Shown here one piece after another: positions 31,657-32,000 of a stretch of DNA of 32,000 bases. The DNA is from Kineococcus radiotolerans SRS30216 = ATCC BAA-149 (lineage in GTDB: Bacteria; Actinomycetota; Actinomycetes; Actinomycetales; Kineococcaceae), in assembly GCF_000017305.1 (NCBI RefSeq), contig NC_009664.2, forward strand, positions 2,190,001-2,222,000. Direction: 5' to 3'. Position 1 is the first letter of the stretch. Each line of letters begins with the position of its first letter. The notes below the pieces were generated by a model. It was not told where the DNA came from, did no database searches, and worked only from the letters and a program-made list of their open reading frames with translations. The translations under genes and the position numbers were made by a program.

Positions 31657-32000
31657 ATGGCTCAGCTCGTCCTGGACCCCCACCTCGCCGCCGTTCCCGC
31701 CGCCCGCCGCTGGGTCGTGGGGGTGCTCTCGCGCTGCTGCACGACGGAGAGGTTCGCCGTCGACGAGGACGTGGTGGAGCTGCTGACCTCCGAGGTGGTC
31801 GCCAACGCGGTGCGCCACGGCGAGGGCCCGGTGACCATCGACGTGGCCTGCGGCGCGGACGACGTGCGCATCGCCGTCACCGACGCCGGCACCGACACCC
31901 CCGTGGTCCGCCACGTGGGGCCGGAGGCCACCGGCGGACGCGGCATGGCCCTGCTCGACCACCTCGCCACCCGCTGGGGGCTGGACCGGGCCCAGCCCCC
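31657..32000 (+). CDS. RsbW-like ATP-binding protein (HATPase_c_2), 3' end off the window
   Basis: Not in the ORF track because no stop lies in the window. The ATG at 31657 is preceded by AGGAAGAAG. Manual translation gives MAQLVLDPHLAAVPAARRWVVGVL...LLTSEVVANAVRHG...GGRGMALLDHLATRWG. Confidence 0.75.
   Translation, partial: MAQLVLDPHLAAVPAARRWVVGVLSRCCTTERFAVDEDVVELLTSEVVANAVRHGEGPVTIDVACGADDVRIAVTDAGTDTPVVRHVGPEATGGRGMALLDHLATRWGLDRAQP

Noticed and set aside
27797-31786. 1329-aa ORF on the plus strand, the longest in the track
   Set aside because: It is antisense to the GGDEF and GAF-PAS-PP2C genes. It has no recognisable domain and extreme Arg/Gly/Pro/Ala content. Its 3' end is also out of frame with the real plus-strand RsbW-like gene starting at 31657.
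1-32000. Mobile elements, prophage, a defence island, tRNA/rRNA genes
   Set aside because: I recognised no transposase, integrase, recombinase, phage structural, restriction-modification, toxin-antitoxin or nuclease-helicase defence signatures. I saw no terminal inverted repeats flanking a gene block and no tRNA-like cloverleaf sequences. Composition looks uniform apart from short AT-richer promoter patches.

Overview
This is a very GC-rich, gene-dense chromosomal window in an Actinomycetota style: GTG starts, 4-nt GTGA start/stop overlaps, and long GC-driven shadow ORFs on the antisense strand. I did not compute GC content and cannot name the species. I can support about 29 protein-coding genes. 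In order they are: (1) ribA-ribD on the minus strand, behind a good sigma70-type promoter and a long structured leader. (2) A plus-strand run of an EEP-family nuclease/phosphatase, PPK2 polyphosphate kinase, a GAF-PP2C phosphatase and an RsbW-like ATPase fused to a PAS domain. (3) A roughly 12.8 kb minus-strand block (6449-19235) holding Asparaginase_II-like, CutC, ROK kinase, NUDIX, a LacI-family regulator, a CUT1-type ABC sugar importer (binding protein plus two permeases, no ATPase) and two tandem GH78 alpha-L-rhamnosidases. (4) A gntR-prpD-prpB-prpC methylcitrate-cycle operon. (5) A regulatory and envelope patch: a Pr6Pr-like membrane protein, a small RsbW-like ATPase, a triple-CWB2 cell-wall-binding protein, an ABM monooxygenase, an ECF sigma factor with a co-translated membrane protein, a membrane GGDEF protein, a large GAF-PAS-PAS-GAF-PP2C phosphatase and a further partial RsbW-like gene. 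I saw no rRNA, tRNA, CRISPR array, transposase/integrase or recognisable defence-system gene. The most unusual things visible in the sequence are a LacI-family regulator with a tandemly duplicated 56-aa HTH head, a pair of operator-like TGCATGCA palindromes bracketing an apparently leaderless gntR-prp promoter, a near-leaderless ECF-type promoter (GGAAC-N16-CGTC), and a density of partner-switching parts (3 RsbW-like, 2 PP2C) with no STAS partner. All functional calls come from motif and domain recognition by eye. No database search was run.
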